From the NCBI RefSeq assembly GCF_006345805.1, contig NC_043022.1:15748001-15812000 (forward strand): DNA of 64,000 nucleotides, written 5' to 3'. The stretch is from Octopus sinensis. Its lineage: Eukaryota. Position 1 is the stretch's first letter. Each line of letters opens with the position of its first letter. The notes beneath the pieces were generated by a model. The model worked only from the letters and a program-made list of their open reading frames with translations, searched no databases and was not told the origin of the DNA. Positions 48,703-62,521 of the stretch are shown in pieces. A program made the translations under genes and the position numbers.

Positions 48703-49316
48703 CAAAATAAGCAACAAGAATGACTCCGGTAATTTGGTACGATCGTTTCGTACTACATCATTTTATTAAATGTTATATATAAATAAAATAAGCAACAAGG
48801 ATACAAGGATATCCAAAGGTAATGCAGTCCGATCGCATGAAACGATCGTACTGCATTACCTCTGGATATCCTTGTCGCTTGTTTTGATTTTAATCACCCC
48901 ATTTGATTTATATTGATAATACCGTGTTAAATTCTGGTGCCTTAAGTACCATATTCATCTGAATCTAAATTTTTGCTGAACTCACCTACCATACCCAAAG
49001 TATACATATATATATATATAAAGTTAATCCAAACAAGAAAAACAAAAAAGACAACAACGCAAAAGGTGGAACAATTAATGTATTATTAGGCGCTCAGGAA
49101 AAAAGGGAAGATATATATATATATATAGGTAGATAGATAGATATAGACGCAAGAGTGGCTGTGTGGTAAGTAGCTTGCTAACCAACCACATGGTTCTGGG
49201 TTCAGTCCCACTGCGTGGCATCTTGGGCAAGTGTCTTCTGCTATAGCCCCGGGCCGACCAATGCCTTGTGAGTGGATTTGGTTGACGGAAACTGAAAGAA
49301 GCCTGTCGTATATATG

Positions 49317-49353
<37 letters not shown>

Positions 49354-49803
49354 TTGTCCCCCTAGCATTGCTTGACAACCGATGCTGGTGTGTTTACGTT
49401 CCCGTCACTTAGCGGTTCAGCAAAAGAGACTGATAGAATAAGTACTGGGCTTACAAAGAATAAGTCCCAGGGTCGATTTGCTCGACTAAAGGCGGTGCTC
49501 CAGCATGGCCGCAGTCAAATGACTGAAACGAGTAAAAGAGTAAAAGAGTATGTATCTGTGTGTATGCATTTGCGCGTTTATATAGACACACTCTCACACA
49601 CGCACCCACACACGCACGCGTACGCATACACACACGCACAGACACACACATGCACACAACGCGCACGCACACACACAGACTCACACATACACACACGCCC
49701 CCAAAACGGACAACCCAGAGATGTCCTATTAGCTAATAACTTGACACTCCAGCCCTCCTCCATTCCCCTCGTGTGTCTGGTATTCTGTGACGGTCCCACC
49801 GCT

Positions 49804-49844
<41 letters not shown>

Positions 49845-50457
49845 CGGTCATCGACACAATTTTATTTCCCACTTAATCCTTCTACCCCCTTCACCCGCCA
49901 TACACTTCTTACCCACCGACACACACACAGGCACACATATACACACGTCTTGTAAATAATGAGCGGAGAGGAAGGGAAGAGAAGTCGTTTCCTTAAGCCT
50001 GCCGTGCCAAGTGTCAAACTCTCCGTTTTTATTAGCATAATGAGAGATTAACCTGAGTGGGGGAGAGATGGGGAAGGGAGAGAGGGGGAAGAGAGAAGGA
50101 AGGGAAAGGGAGACAGACAGACAGACAGACAGACACAAGCCAAGAGCCGAACGGAAGGTCGGACGTCGCGTGGACAGAGTGATGAACACACACACACACA
50201 CACCACACACACACACAGAAAGCGGAAGAAATAAAGAAAAATATACAGGTAGGCAGACAGACAGGCAGGTAGGCAGACAGACACAGATAGATAGATAGAT
50301 AGATACACACATACATGCATGCATGCATACATACATACATACATACATACATACATAGACAGATAGACAGACAGATAGATAGACAGACAAGTAGATAGAT
50401 TTATATATAAATAAGGTACATAATGATCACAGACATACACATGCTTCCCTTGTACAT

Positions 50458-50492
<35 letters not shown>

Positions 50493-50888
50493 TGAAACGC
50501 TGTTTGATTTTTCTTTTCAGCGTTGAATGTTCACCATCCCACTTCCATTGCAGGCGCACACACACACACACACACACATATATATTAACATTACTCCCTT
50601 TTACATACACGCACATATACTCACGCAGAGTTGAAACGCTGTTTGATTTTTCTTACTGTAGAACTTCCATCATCCCACTACCAAGTTTGCCATCACCCCT
50701 TCCTTCCTTCCTTCCTTCCTTCCTTCTTCCCTTCCTTATTCATCTATCACCCCTTACTTTCTCATTCATATGTTGATCGCAAGTTTTTATTTCGTTTATT
50801 AATGTACAAGGATCGGTTCGTTGATTTCTCTTGTCGCTTATGTATCAGTAAAATATAAAAATTCTTTCTCTCTCTCCCTCTCTCTCCC

Positions 50889-50926
<38 letters not shown>

Positions 50927-51199
50927 CGTGTCAGGAAAGATGATCATCGAATTTACTAAAGCTCGAACAAACCAGATAAACTCTCTCCACAGCGTGATTT
51001 TAATCAATTTTGATTTTAGAGTTGTGTCCTTTGTTTTTAACTAGAAATATAATTAAAACTAATTATATTTCTCTGCATCAATGGCAAAAAAATGGTGTGG
51101 CGGATGAAGGGAGCTCGTCACATTAAGAATATCACCCTCAACTTAACTATATGTTCTGGATGCAAAAGACATTCCCGAGTAATTTTCATTGCATCATTA

Positions 51200-52690
51200 T
51201 TTCAATTGCTTACTCAATGAAATTTGACGTAACTCCAAATATAAATCCTGTTTTTATTAAATTACATATAGTCTTTAGACTCAGGTTATATACCGAAACA
51301 GCTCCCAACTCAGTCTGTCATCCCGGTTTTCAAACAGGGAAACAGATCCCTCGCAGTCAACTATCGCCCAATCTCACTCACCTCCCACATCAATAAAATG
51401 TTTGAAAGAGTGGTAAGATCAAGGATAGCTGGCTTCCTGGAGATCCACAAACTCCTAAATGCAAATCAGCATGGCTTTCGCTGTGGCAGGGATTGTCTAA
51501 CACAGCTCTTACACAACATTGAATATATACTTAAAGCCTTGGGAACAGGTTCGAACTCTGATGTCATATATCTTGACTTCAGTAAGTATTTCCTGGCGAA
51601 TAGAATACAACATGTTGTAGTCGATGGAGTCCACTCAAGCCCAGCATAAGTCACCAATGGTGTCCTTCAGGGGACTGTCTTGGGCCCGCTCCTCTTTATA
51701 ATCTACGTAAACTACCTTTCCAGCGTCGTAAATCAACGAAAAATGAAACTATTTGCTGATGACACTAGGCTCCAGCAAATCATCAATGAAGAAGCAGACC
51801 GAACTCAACTCTAGTCTGATCTCTGTGCTGTGAGCCAATGGGCAGACAAAAACAAAATACAACTGAACGAGGGAAAATTTGAGCTGATGCATTTTGGAAG
51901 AAAGTCTATACTAAAACAGCCATACTCCCTTCCTTCAGAGGAACCGCTCACAGCATCTAATAATATCAGAAATCTGGGTGTAATTGTCGATAACAATCTT
52001 AGTTGGATTGCCCACATCAACAATAAGGTCGATATAGCTCGTAGGATGAGCTCCTGGACCTTAAGAACCTTCTGGTCCAGAGAACAAGGTGTCATCATTC
52101 CACTTTTCTCCTCCTTTGTACAGCCACACCTCGAATACTATATATGTGGTCCCCCCATACAAAACAAAACATCTCGAAAATTGAATCACCCCAGAGGGCA
52201 ATCACTAAACGAATTGAAGGCACGACTGATCTCGAATACTGGGACCGCCTTAAAGCCTTGAAACTTTACTCTCTCCAATGCCACCGCGAGCGGTACATCA
52301 TTTGTACGATGTGGAGGATATACCGCCAGCATTGCCCAAACGACCTGAACATTAGTTTCAAGGTTCATCCAAGACTGGGACCACGGGCCATACGTCCCTG
52401 CCCAATTCAGGATCACAACATATGGGTTCACTGCGACACAGTTTCTTTTCCTCAACAGGCCCTGCCCTGTCCAACATTGTCCCTAAACTGATCAAAGAGG
52501 AAAAGGATCCCATCACCTTTAAACGGAGTTTGGACAAATTTCTTCAAGGAATAGCGGATAAGCCACCCATACCTGGATACAACTCACTCAACAAGAGGTC
52601 ACTATTTGAATGGGCCAGAATGCCACAAAACTTGACTTTAAAAAGGATTTAGATAATCCTATCAGATGGTGCTATTAAGTTAGACATAGC
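51200..52690 (+). mobile_element. CR1/L2-group LINE reverse transcriptase fragment (degenerate)
   Basis: YRPISLTSHIIKMFERVV, NQHGFRCGRDCLTQL, VIYLDFSK, GVLQGTVLGPLLFIIYVN, LFADDT, IRNLGVIVDNNLSW; stops, frameshifts and an internal deletion between LDFSK and FLANR. Confidence 0.9.
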
Positions 52691-52696
52691 CTAGAC

Positions 52697-52897
52697 CAGT
52701 GCTTTTCAAACTTTTTGCTGGAGCGGAACCCCAAGGAAACATTCCACTGGCTCGAGGAACCCCTGTGCAATAATTTAATAGTCTTGTGCACACATATCTG
52801 CACAGGAGAATTAAAAATTACTACTGATTTTAGCAGTTTTGTAACTTCTTGCGGAACCCCTGGACTGTACTGGCGGAACCCTGGTTGAAAACCACTG
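52697..52897 (-). mobile_element. hAT MITE, second copy of the 2641-2859 family
   Basis: Reverse-complement match with a short internal deletion; TSD gcctagac at 52689-52696 and 52898-52905. Confidence 0.85.
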
Positions 52898-53184
52898 GCC
52901 TAGACCAATCTTTGGTCGAAACATATCTTAAGTTTTATCTACTCGAATCTACTCGGGCCAAGGGCTTAAGCTGAATGCATTAAGCATTTGAGCGAGGCAA
53001 ACGAATGTACACATACAAACACAAGGAAATATATACTCTTTTATTCTTTTACTTGTTTCAGTCATTTGACTGTGGCCATGCTGGAGCACCGCCTTTAGTC
53101 GAGCAAATCGACTATATATATACACACATACATACACGGTCATACACACTTATTCTAAAATTAGGTCAAAGCTATGAAACTGAG

Positions 53185-54830
53185 AAGGATTTCTCTTTCC
53201 CTCTCTCTCTGTCCCTCCTTCTCTCTCTCTCTCACCCTTCTTATCTCTCTCTCCCTCCTTCTCTCTCCCTCCTTCTCTCCTCTCTTTCTCTCTCTCCCTC
53301 CTTTTTTCTCTCTCTTTCTCTCTCTTCCTCGTCTCTCTCTCTCCTTCACTCTCTCCCTCCTTCTCTCTCTCCCTCCTTCTCTCTCTCACCCTTCTCTCTC
53401 TCTCTCCTTCTCTCTCTCCCTCCCTCCCTCCTTCTCTCTCTCCCTCCTTCTCTCTCTCCTCCTTCTCTCTCTCACCCTTCTCTCTCTCTCTTTCTCTCTC
53501 TTCTTCCTTCTCTTTCTCTCTCTCTCCCTCCTTCCTTCTCTCTTTCTCTCTCTCTCCCTCCTTCTCTCTTTCTCTCTCTCTCCCTCCTTTTCTCTCTCTT
53601 TCTCTCTCTCCCTCGTCTCTCTCCTTCCTTCTCTCCCTCCTTCTCTCTTTCTCCCTCCTCCTCCCTCCTCCTCCCTCCTCCTCCCTCCACTCTCTCCTCC
53701 TCTCTCTCCTTCTCTCTCTCCCTCCTTCTCTCTCTCCCTCCTTCTCTCTCTCCCTCCTTCTCTCTCTCCCTCTTCTCTCTCTCTCCCTCCTTCTCTCTCT
53801 CACCCTTCTCTCTCACCCTTCTCTCTCCTCCCCTTCTCTCTCTCCCCTTCTCTCTCCCTCCTCTCTCTCTCTCTCCCTCCTCCTCCTCTCTCTCTCCTTC
53901 TCTCTCTTTCTCTCTCTCCCTCCTTCTCTCTCCTCTCTCTCTCCTTCTCTCTCTCCCTGCCTAACCCTAATCCTAACCTTAACCCTACTCAGACAAGCTT
54001 TCCTCGCCTCATGGCACCTTTAAGCTTTCTACTGACTCCGTATTCCTTGTCTTCCATCCTCTCTCTCTCTCTCTCTCCCTCCCTTTGTCTCTCTCTCTCT
54101 CTCTCTCTCCCTCCCTTTGTCTCTCTCTCTCTCTCACCTCTTTCCATCCCTTCACCCTCTTGGCCCATTTTCCCCCCTCCATCCCCTCCTTACAACACCA
54201 ACCCGTCTCCGTCAAACGGATTCTTTTCTCTTTTCCTTTTCCAATCGACTGAGTTACCTCCCTTCACCTTCTTCCCATCGCTCTCCCCACAACCACACAC
54301 ACTTTCACTTTCCGCCATTGCACCACTCACATCATCTCAACTATCTCAACTATCTCTCCCTCCCTCTCCTTCTTTCTCTCTCTTCCTCTGTCTCTCTGTC
54401 TCTCTCACTGTCTCTGTTTCTCTCTTTCTCTCTCTCTCTCTCTCTCACTCTCTCTCTCTTCCTCTGTCTCTGTCTCTGTCTCTCTCTCTTCCTCTGTCTC
54501 TCTCACTGTCTCTGTGTCTCTCTCACTGTCTCTGTGTCTCTCTCACTGTCTCTGTTTCTCTCTTTCTGTCTCTCTCTCTCTCTTCCTCTGTCTCTGTCTC
54601 TCTGTCTGTCTCTCTCTCTTCCTCTGTCTCTCTCACTGTCTCTCTCTCTTCCTCTGTCTCTCTCACTGTCTCTCTGTCTCTCTCACTGTCTCTGTGTCTC
54701 TCTCACTGTCTCTGTCTCTCTCTCTCTTCCTCTGTTTCTGTCTCTCTGTCTCAGCCCGCTGTCTGTCTCTCTCTTTCTATCTCAATCCTCTCTCTCTCCC
54801 ACCCTCTCCCTCTCTTCGTCTCTATTCGAA
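53185..54830. repeat. CT-rich low-complexity/microsatellite block
   Basis: (CT)n and (CCTT)-type degenerate repeats; source of the spurious 217-630 aa ORFs. Confidence 0.9.
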
Positions 54831-55139
54831 ATTTCCAATCAAATTCACACACACACACACGTCTGCTCACATGCATATGTATATGTGCGTGTGTGTACAT
54901 GTTGAGTGCGTGTGTGAGTGCCTGTGCGTTTGTGTGTGTGTGTGTACATGTTGAGTGCGTGTGTGCCCGTGTGCGACAGGTTTCCGCCTATTTCTTTTTC
55001 GTTCAGCAAAATTCACTCACAAAGTGCCGTGCAATGAGGTTGAACCCGAAATCGCTCTGTTTGTAGTAACGCGAGCTTTTTTCTAAACGACACAGACTCC
55101 GCTTTGGCTCACTGATTACAACAAGCATTAATTTTAATT

Positions 55140-56100
55140 AATTAACTCTATTAATTTTAATAAACAATAATAAATAAACTGAAACGGTTTCATTATAGAA
55201 AAAAAATTGTTCACAAACAAATAAAATAAAAAAATATAAATAAAAATACATATAAACATAAATAAAATATAAAAATTAAAACAAATAAAATAAAAAGTAT
55301 AAATAAAAAATATATAAAAATTGTTTACAAACAAATAAAAAAAAATATATAAATAAAAATACATATAAGCAAATAAATAAAATATAAAAATTGTTACAAA
55401 CAATAAAATAAAAATATAAATAAAAATACAATATACAAATAAATAAAATAAAAATTTTTAAAACAAATAAAAAAAAATATTAATAAAATACATATAAACA
55501 AATAAAAAAAAATTGTTTACAAACAAATAAAAAAAATATATAAATAAAAATACATATAAACAAATAAATAAAATATAAAAATTGTTTACAAACAAATAAA
55601 ATAAAAATATATAAATAAAAATACATATAAGCAAATAAATAAAATATAAAAATTGTTTACAAACAAATAAAATAAAAATATATAAATAAAAATACATATA
55701 AGCAAATAAATAAAATATAAAAATTGTTTACCAAAGCCTTGTGAGTGGATTTGGTAGACGGAAACTGAAAGAAGCCCGTCGTATATAGCATATATATGTG
55801 TGTTTGTGTCCCCTAGCATGCTTGACAACCGATGCTGGTGTGTTTATGTCCCCGTTACTTAGCGGTTCGCAAAGAGACCGATAGAATAGTACTGGGCTTA
55901 CAAAAGAATAAGTCCCGGGGTCGAGTTGCTCGATTAAAGGCGGTGCTCCAGCATGGCCGCAGTCAAATGACTGAAACAAGTAAAAGAGTAAAAGAGTAAA
56001 AGAGTAAACAAATAAAATAAAAATATATAAATAAAAATACATATAAGCAAATAAATAAAATATAAAAATTGTTTACAACAAAAAATAAAAAATAAAAGAT
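55140..56100. repeat. AT-rich ~70-bp minisatellite interrupted by a truncated SINE-B (55732-56008)
   Basis: Repeated aaataaaataaaaatatataaataaaaatacatataagcaaataaataaaatataaaaattgtttacaaac. Confidence 0.85.
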
Positions 56101-56399
56101 AAAAAAATCAAGTCTCTCTCGGTTTCTCAGTCTGACTGCCTGACTGCCTGTCTTGTGTGTCAGGCAGGCAGGCAGACAGGCAAGCAGGCAGACAGGCTGG
56201 CAGGCAGTCAGTCAGTGAACCCCCCTCTCTCCGTCTCTGCTCCTGGTAAAGGCGGCAGCAGTCAGTGATCAGGGGTTACGGCGCGGTGAGCGAGCCGATG
56301 ATGGTAGTCGGTAACTGGTGTCGCTTCGCAGCAAAACCATCGCCTACCTTATTCCCTCTTCCTTTCTTTCCCCCACTTTTCTCTTTCTTTCTCTTGGTC

Positions 56400-57370
56400 T
56401 CTCTCTCTCTTTCTATATCACTCACTCTCTATATCACTCACTTTTTATATCGCTTTCTCATCATCGCTCACTCTCTCTATATCGCTCACTCTCTTTATAT
56501 CGTTCCCTCTCTCTATATCGCTCACTCTCTCTATATCGCTCACTCTCTTTATATCGTTCCCTCTCTCTATATCGCTCACTCTCTTTATATCGTTCGCTCA
56601 CTCTCTTTATATCGTTCCCTCTCTCTATATCGCTCACTCTCTTTATATCGTTCCCTCTCTCTATATCGCTCACTCTCTTTATATCGTTCCCTCTCTCTAT
56701 ATCGCTCACTCTCTTTATATCATTCCCTCTCTCTATATCGCTCTCTCTATATCGCTCTCTCTATATCGCTCTCTCGTTATATCGTTCCCTCTCTCTATAT
56801 CGCTCTCTCTATATCGCTCTCTCTATATCGCTCTCTCGTTATATCGTTCCCTCTCTCTATATCGCTCACTCTCTTTATATCGTTCCCTCTCTCTATATCG
56901 CTCTCTCGTTATATCGTTCCCTCTCTCTATATCGCTCACTCTCTTTATATTGTTCCCTCTCTCTATATCGCTCACTCTGTCTGTATCACTTTCTTTCTCT
57001 ATATTGCTTACTCTCTCTTTATCGCTCACTCTCTATATCGCTCATACTCTTTATATTGCTCACGCTCTCTATATCGCTTACTCTCTATATTGCTTACTCT
57101 CTATATCACTTTCTCTCTATCGTTCACTCTCTCTCTATCGTTCACTTCTCTCTCTATCGTTCACTCTCTCTCTATCGTTTACTCTCTCTCTATCGTTTAC
57201 TCTCTCTCTATCGTTTACTCTCTCTCTATCGTTCACTCTCTCTCTATCGTTCACTCTCTCTCTATCGTTCACTCTCTCTCTATCGTTCACTCTCTCTATA
57301 TCGCTTTCTCTCTATATATATATCGCTTTTTCTCTCTATATATCGCTTTCTCTCTCTCTCTCTCTCTCCT
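56400..57370. repeat. CT/ATATCG-based ~36-bp minisatellite
   Basis: Repeated atatcgctcactctctttatatcgttccctctctct, grading into an 18-bp ctctctctatcgttcact unit. Confidence 0.9.
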
Positions 57371-58243
57371 TTAGTCATTACGATTATATTGCAAGTATTG
57401 AACTATAGCGTCGTTAGTTTATATATTTTACAAGCAGTGAAATTTCCCTGAAATACTGGTTCAAGCTTCTCCGACGACGAGAATAAGAAAGCAATATCTG
57501 GAACTCGATACTTCATGACCATTTCTTAAGAAACTTAATTTCCGAAAAACCAGTTTTCCTTTTTCTTTCTTTTTTTAATATTTTTTCTGGGTTTTTTTTT
57601 CCAATTTCTCCCCGAGTTTTGCAATCTTTGTTGCTACACATATCGGTTAAAAATCCACATGCATACACAGGACATACATACATCTTTGCTTTCTCGTATA
57701 CGGGCAAAGCCATGGCCAGACAGAATCACCGAAATGAGTCATTGTTGATGCCATGTGAGGCCCTTCTTTGACTCTTGAGCCCCTGGCCAAAGATTTGCAC
57801 ATTCTATTGCATAATGCACAGCTGTGCTGGCTGGCAGAGGGAACCAGTGCCACAGTATGAACCCCTTTGACATACCTTTTCGATCCCCCAACTGAAAGGC
57901 ACACCTTTAATACAGGTTGCACATATTCTGTTGTGAACAACAGCCATGTCACAATTTACCATGGGTCAATTCCCCCGAGTTTTCTGATGGCTGACCAGGC
58001 CCCCACGAATCAAGCACCTCCTTCCACAAACCCCACACACCCAAAAGCAACACTCCCCCATTTTCCACATACATACACACACACATACATACATACATAC
58101 GTACGTACGTACGTACATGCATACATACATACATACTACACACACACACACACATACATACATACACACATACATACATACATACATACCTACATACATA
58201 CACACACACATACATACATACACACATAGATACATACATACAT

Positions 58244-58274
<31 letters not shown>

Positions 58275-58295
58275 TACATACATACATACATACAT

Positions 58296-58364
<69 letters not shown>

Positions 58365-60258
58365 TACATACACATACATACATACATACACATACATACA
58401 TACATACACACATACATAGATACATACATACATACATACATGTGCACACGCACGCACAGGTGGGATTACTCACGATCACTGATTTTTCCGGGGTCCTAAG
58501 AACGTTGAGCTTTTCAACAGCAGATCCTTCACTCCGTTAACCCAGCAACCCAGCAGGGGTTGACTGACCGAACCCCAGCCTGCCTCCCAGTCACAACAAA
58601 TCAAGGTGCTGCCCTCTTTACCTGAAGCCACTGAATTCGTTTTCTCTGAGAATTCGTTGATACAAAGTGTGGTCCCCACCCAATCTGTCCTGTCCCACCC
58701 TGCCCTAGCCGCCTTCTTTAGGGCCCGAGCAGGAATAGGAATAGAGAAAACTCCATTGAAAAAGGGCATATCCCTCTCCAATGGGTGTTGTGTTATGGTA
58801 CACGTCAACCAGGTTAAACCTTAATGAAGGGTCGCTGTCTCAAAGAGCAATATTTTCGGTGTGAGAAGGAATACCCGAGCGTAAAACTCGTGTCAACAAG
58901 GGTGAGGCTGGGTGAGCATTGGGGAAGAGCAATGAAGGGTTTATCTAGAAAACTGTCAGGGGACCACGAAATCTAGCGAGCGGCGGAAACGGAAGATGGG
59001 CTCCAACCAGGGCGCATATGATATTTTTGACACTGTTAGAGGCCTTTCTGCGTGGCTTAATGGTTATTGTTGTAGGATTCATGACCGTAAGATTGTAGTT
59101 TCGATTCCTGGACTGGGCAACGCGTTGTGTTCTTGAGAAAGACACTTTTTTTTCACGTCGCTCCAGTCCCCTCAACTAGCAAAAATGAGTGTAACCCTGC
59201 AGCGCACCGGTGTCCCGACAGGGTGGGGAATATATACGCCATGAGAATAGGGAAACTGGCCCTCTGGGTCGATATATTACTCGGGAAGCCTTTTCTTATC
59301 GTAGATGCCTTTTGGTGGTGGGGGTCACATTTGGAATAGCCTAAAATCTCTCTTCATCTAAATCTTGTAATGCGGAAGAGGAAGGTCCTGCATCAGTCTA
59401 GATTGGAGAAGAGGACTGAATGAAACTGTATCATCTCAATAAAAGAGGGCACGGAGTTAATCCCGGAATTTTGGGGATAAAACATCAGGTCCTATTTAGG
59501 GAATTTGAATCAGGTCTGAGTCGCATTAAGGGCCTCCAGGCAAATCAGTCCACTGGGCCCGATAGCATTTATTTCTTGACAGCAAGCTATAGCATGCATG
59601 GACCCTTAAGCTCTTGGACCCTTGAGGTCCCGAGCAATTCGGTTCACCGGATCCTATAATATTCATTTACTGAAAGCTAGGCACAGCATGCATGGATCAA
59701 AATTGGGGTCCCTAGGTTTGTGGAGCCCCCGTGCAGCTGCCCAGTGTGCCGATGCTTTAAGATAGTACTATTCCGTAAGGTTGTCGGTTCACTGGACGAG
59801 GAGAGGACGAAGGTCGCGGACGGAGCGGCGTCCACTACAGCCAACTATCAGTGCATGTTATGAGGTATTGGGTACAGCTGGATTGATCAGAAATGGTGGT
59901 TATTGCTTTTGTTCCGCCTGTTGTTGTACGAAGGGATCTTTAGATCGGTAGGGGCCAATATCGAAGCTAGATGAGAGGGGCTGTTCGCCCTTGGGAACGC
60001 TTTTATGGGTTCCGTACTTTTGGCTTTGTTGTTTGGTCCTTATTTCTTTACTGCCCACAAGGGGCTAAACATAGAGGGGACAAACAAGGACAGACAAACG
60101 GATTAAGTCGATGATATCGACCCCGAAAGGATGAAAGGCACAGTCGACCTCGGCGGAATTTGAACTCAGAACGTAGCGGCAGACGAAATACCGCTAAGCA
60201 TTTCGCCCGGCGTGCTAACGTTTCTGCCATGCTCCTCGCCGCCTTTTACCGGTCGCAT

Positions 60259-60648
60259 GTGGAGGCGCAATGGCCCAGTGGTTAGGGCAGCGGACTCGCG
60301 GTCATAGGATCGCGGTTTCGATTCCCAGACCGGGCGTTCTGAGTGTTTATTGAGCGACAACACCTAAAAGCTCCACGAGGCTCCGGCAGGGGATGGTGGT
60401 GATCCCTGCTGTACTCTTTCACCACAACTTTCTCCTCACTCTTACTTCCTGTTTCTGTTGTACCTGTATTTCAAAGGGCCGGCCTTGTCACTCTCTGTGT
60501 CACGCTGAATATCCCCGAGAACTACGTAAGGGTTACACGTGTCTGTGGAGTGCTCAGCCACTTACACGTTAATTTCACGAGCAGGCTGTTCCGTTGATTC
60601 GGATCAACCGGAACCCTCGTCGTCGTAACCGACGGAGTGCTTCCATCC
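60259..60648 (+). mobile_element. SINE family A copy
   Basis: Near-identical to the other family A copies; head-to-head with a family C copy at 60040-60246. Confidence 0.85.
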
Positions 60649-61885
60649 ATGCCGTTCGCATTTGTATCCTTTTATCGCGTGTCACTATCTTTGCCATTTC
60701 TTTCTTCCCACCCTTTTATGTAAATCCCCACACAAATTGCTGTCGGTCCTTGTGATGTCCCCCTCATCTATGCCTCTGTGGGGCATAATAAAAGAAATCA
60801 TCATCATCATCATCATTATTAGACGTGGTTGTGTAGTAGGAAATTTACTTCCGAGCCCCATGGTTTCGAGTTCAGTCCCACCGCGTGGCACCTCGGGCAA
60901 GTGCCTTCTATAATAGACTCAGGCTGAACAAAGCCGTTGTGAGTGGATATGCATGAAGGAAACTGAAAGAAGCCCGTCATATGTATACGTATCTGTGTGT
61001 GTCTCTCACCACCACTTGGCAAAACCAGTGTTGGTGCATTTACGTCCCCGTAACATAGCCGTTCAACAAAAGACACCGATGGAATAAACATCTGGCATTG
61101 TTCCCCCAAAATTTCAGGCCTTGTGCCAATTGTAGAAAAGATAATAATAATAATAATAATAATGATCTTTTCTATTCTTGGCACAAGGTCCGAAATCTTT
61201 TGGGGAAGGGGCCACTCGATTAGATCGACCCCAGCACAATGATGATGATGATAATAATAATAATAATAAGTGGGGGAGCATCATAGCCATGTGTTGAGAG
61301 GGATTCTTTGGGGTTTGAATAATTCACCTCTGGAAACATGGGTGGTTCTTTCAACATCCTTAAACAACCCTTATTCAGGGACCTTTTGAGCGGGATGGGC
61401 TACACAACCTGAAGAAAATTCTAACTGGGCCCCACCTGCAAGGTCATGCGCTATTTATCTTGATATGAAATCACCATGTCACGCACATATGGTTGTGATG
61501 CATGTGCCTAGTGTACCCTTATCAGACGAGTAGTCATGATGGGTATATTGGGCTTCGTATATTTTACCCCAGTGTCACTTTGATGGCATGAACTGCTCTC
61601 TCACTCAATAATAATAATAATAATAATCTTTTCTATTCTTGGCACAAGGTCCGAAATCTTTTGGGGAAGGGACCACACGATTAGATCGACCCCAGCACAA
61701 TGATAATAATAATAATGATAATAATAATAATGATAATAATGTGTGTGTGTATAAATATGTGTGTTTTGTGTGTGTGTGTGTGTACACACCGCCTGGAGAA
61801 CCGCCTTTAGTCGAGCAAATCGACCCCAGGACTTATTCTTTGTAAACCTAGTACTTCTATCGGTCTTTTTTGCCGAACCGCTACA

Positions 61886-62150
61886 ATAACCATCAGAGCA
61901 TCACAACAAATCACAGCACATACCCAAGGCACACAGAGCTGCGCTCGGTAGGTCGACTTTGCCTTTCATCCTTTCGGGGTCGATAAATTAAGTACCAGTT
62001 TCGCACTGGGGTCGATGTAATCGACTTAATACCTATGTCTGTTCTTGTTTGTCCCCTCTATGTTTAGCCCCTTGTGGGTAATAAAGAAATAGGTAGTGAA
62101 GTGAAAGCACGCTATAAAAATAAAACTACTGAATAATAATAAATAATAAT
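61886..62150 (+). mobile_element. R4/Dong-like 3' UTR interrupted by a Meta-like SINE fragment
   Basis: Matches the 42270-42380 tail; SINE at about 61950-62092 flanked by a ggtag duplication; ends in (TAA)n. Confidence 0.7.
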
Positions 62151-62154
62151 AATA

Positions 62155-62205
<51 letters not shown>

Positions 62206-62521
62206 GCAGCAACAACAGTAATAGTCAGGATCGATTCACTCGACTAAAATTCTTCGAGGCTGTGCCCCAGCATGGCCACAGTCTGTTGAGTGGAACAAGT
62301 AAGAAGGTGAAAGAAAATTATTATCATTATTATTATTATTAGTGGGAAATCGTCAGCAGATGGCAGCACGGTGAAGAAGAGATAAGACAGCAGCGACACC
62401 AGATGGATGTTGCCACCGGAAACTCCGCAGCAGGCATAATAAATAAATAAATAAATAATGAGATAAAAAAAAAGAAAGAAAAAGAAATATATTATTATTT
62501 ATATAGTCTTTTTAGTATTAT

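Noticed and set aside
53005-55066. Long ORFs of 217-630 aa (Leu/Ser- or Arg/Glu-rich)
   Set aside because: Translations of CT/GA microsatellite; no stops arise simply because of the repeat composition.
56265-57451. 369-aa and 377-aa ORFs
   Set aside because: Products of the 36-bp minisatellite.
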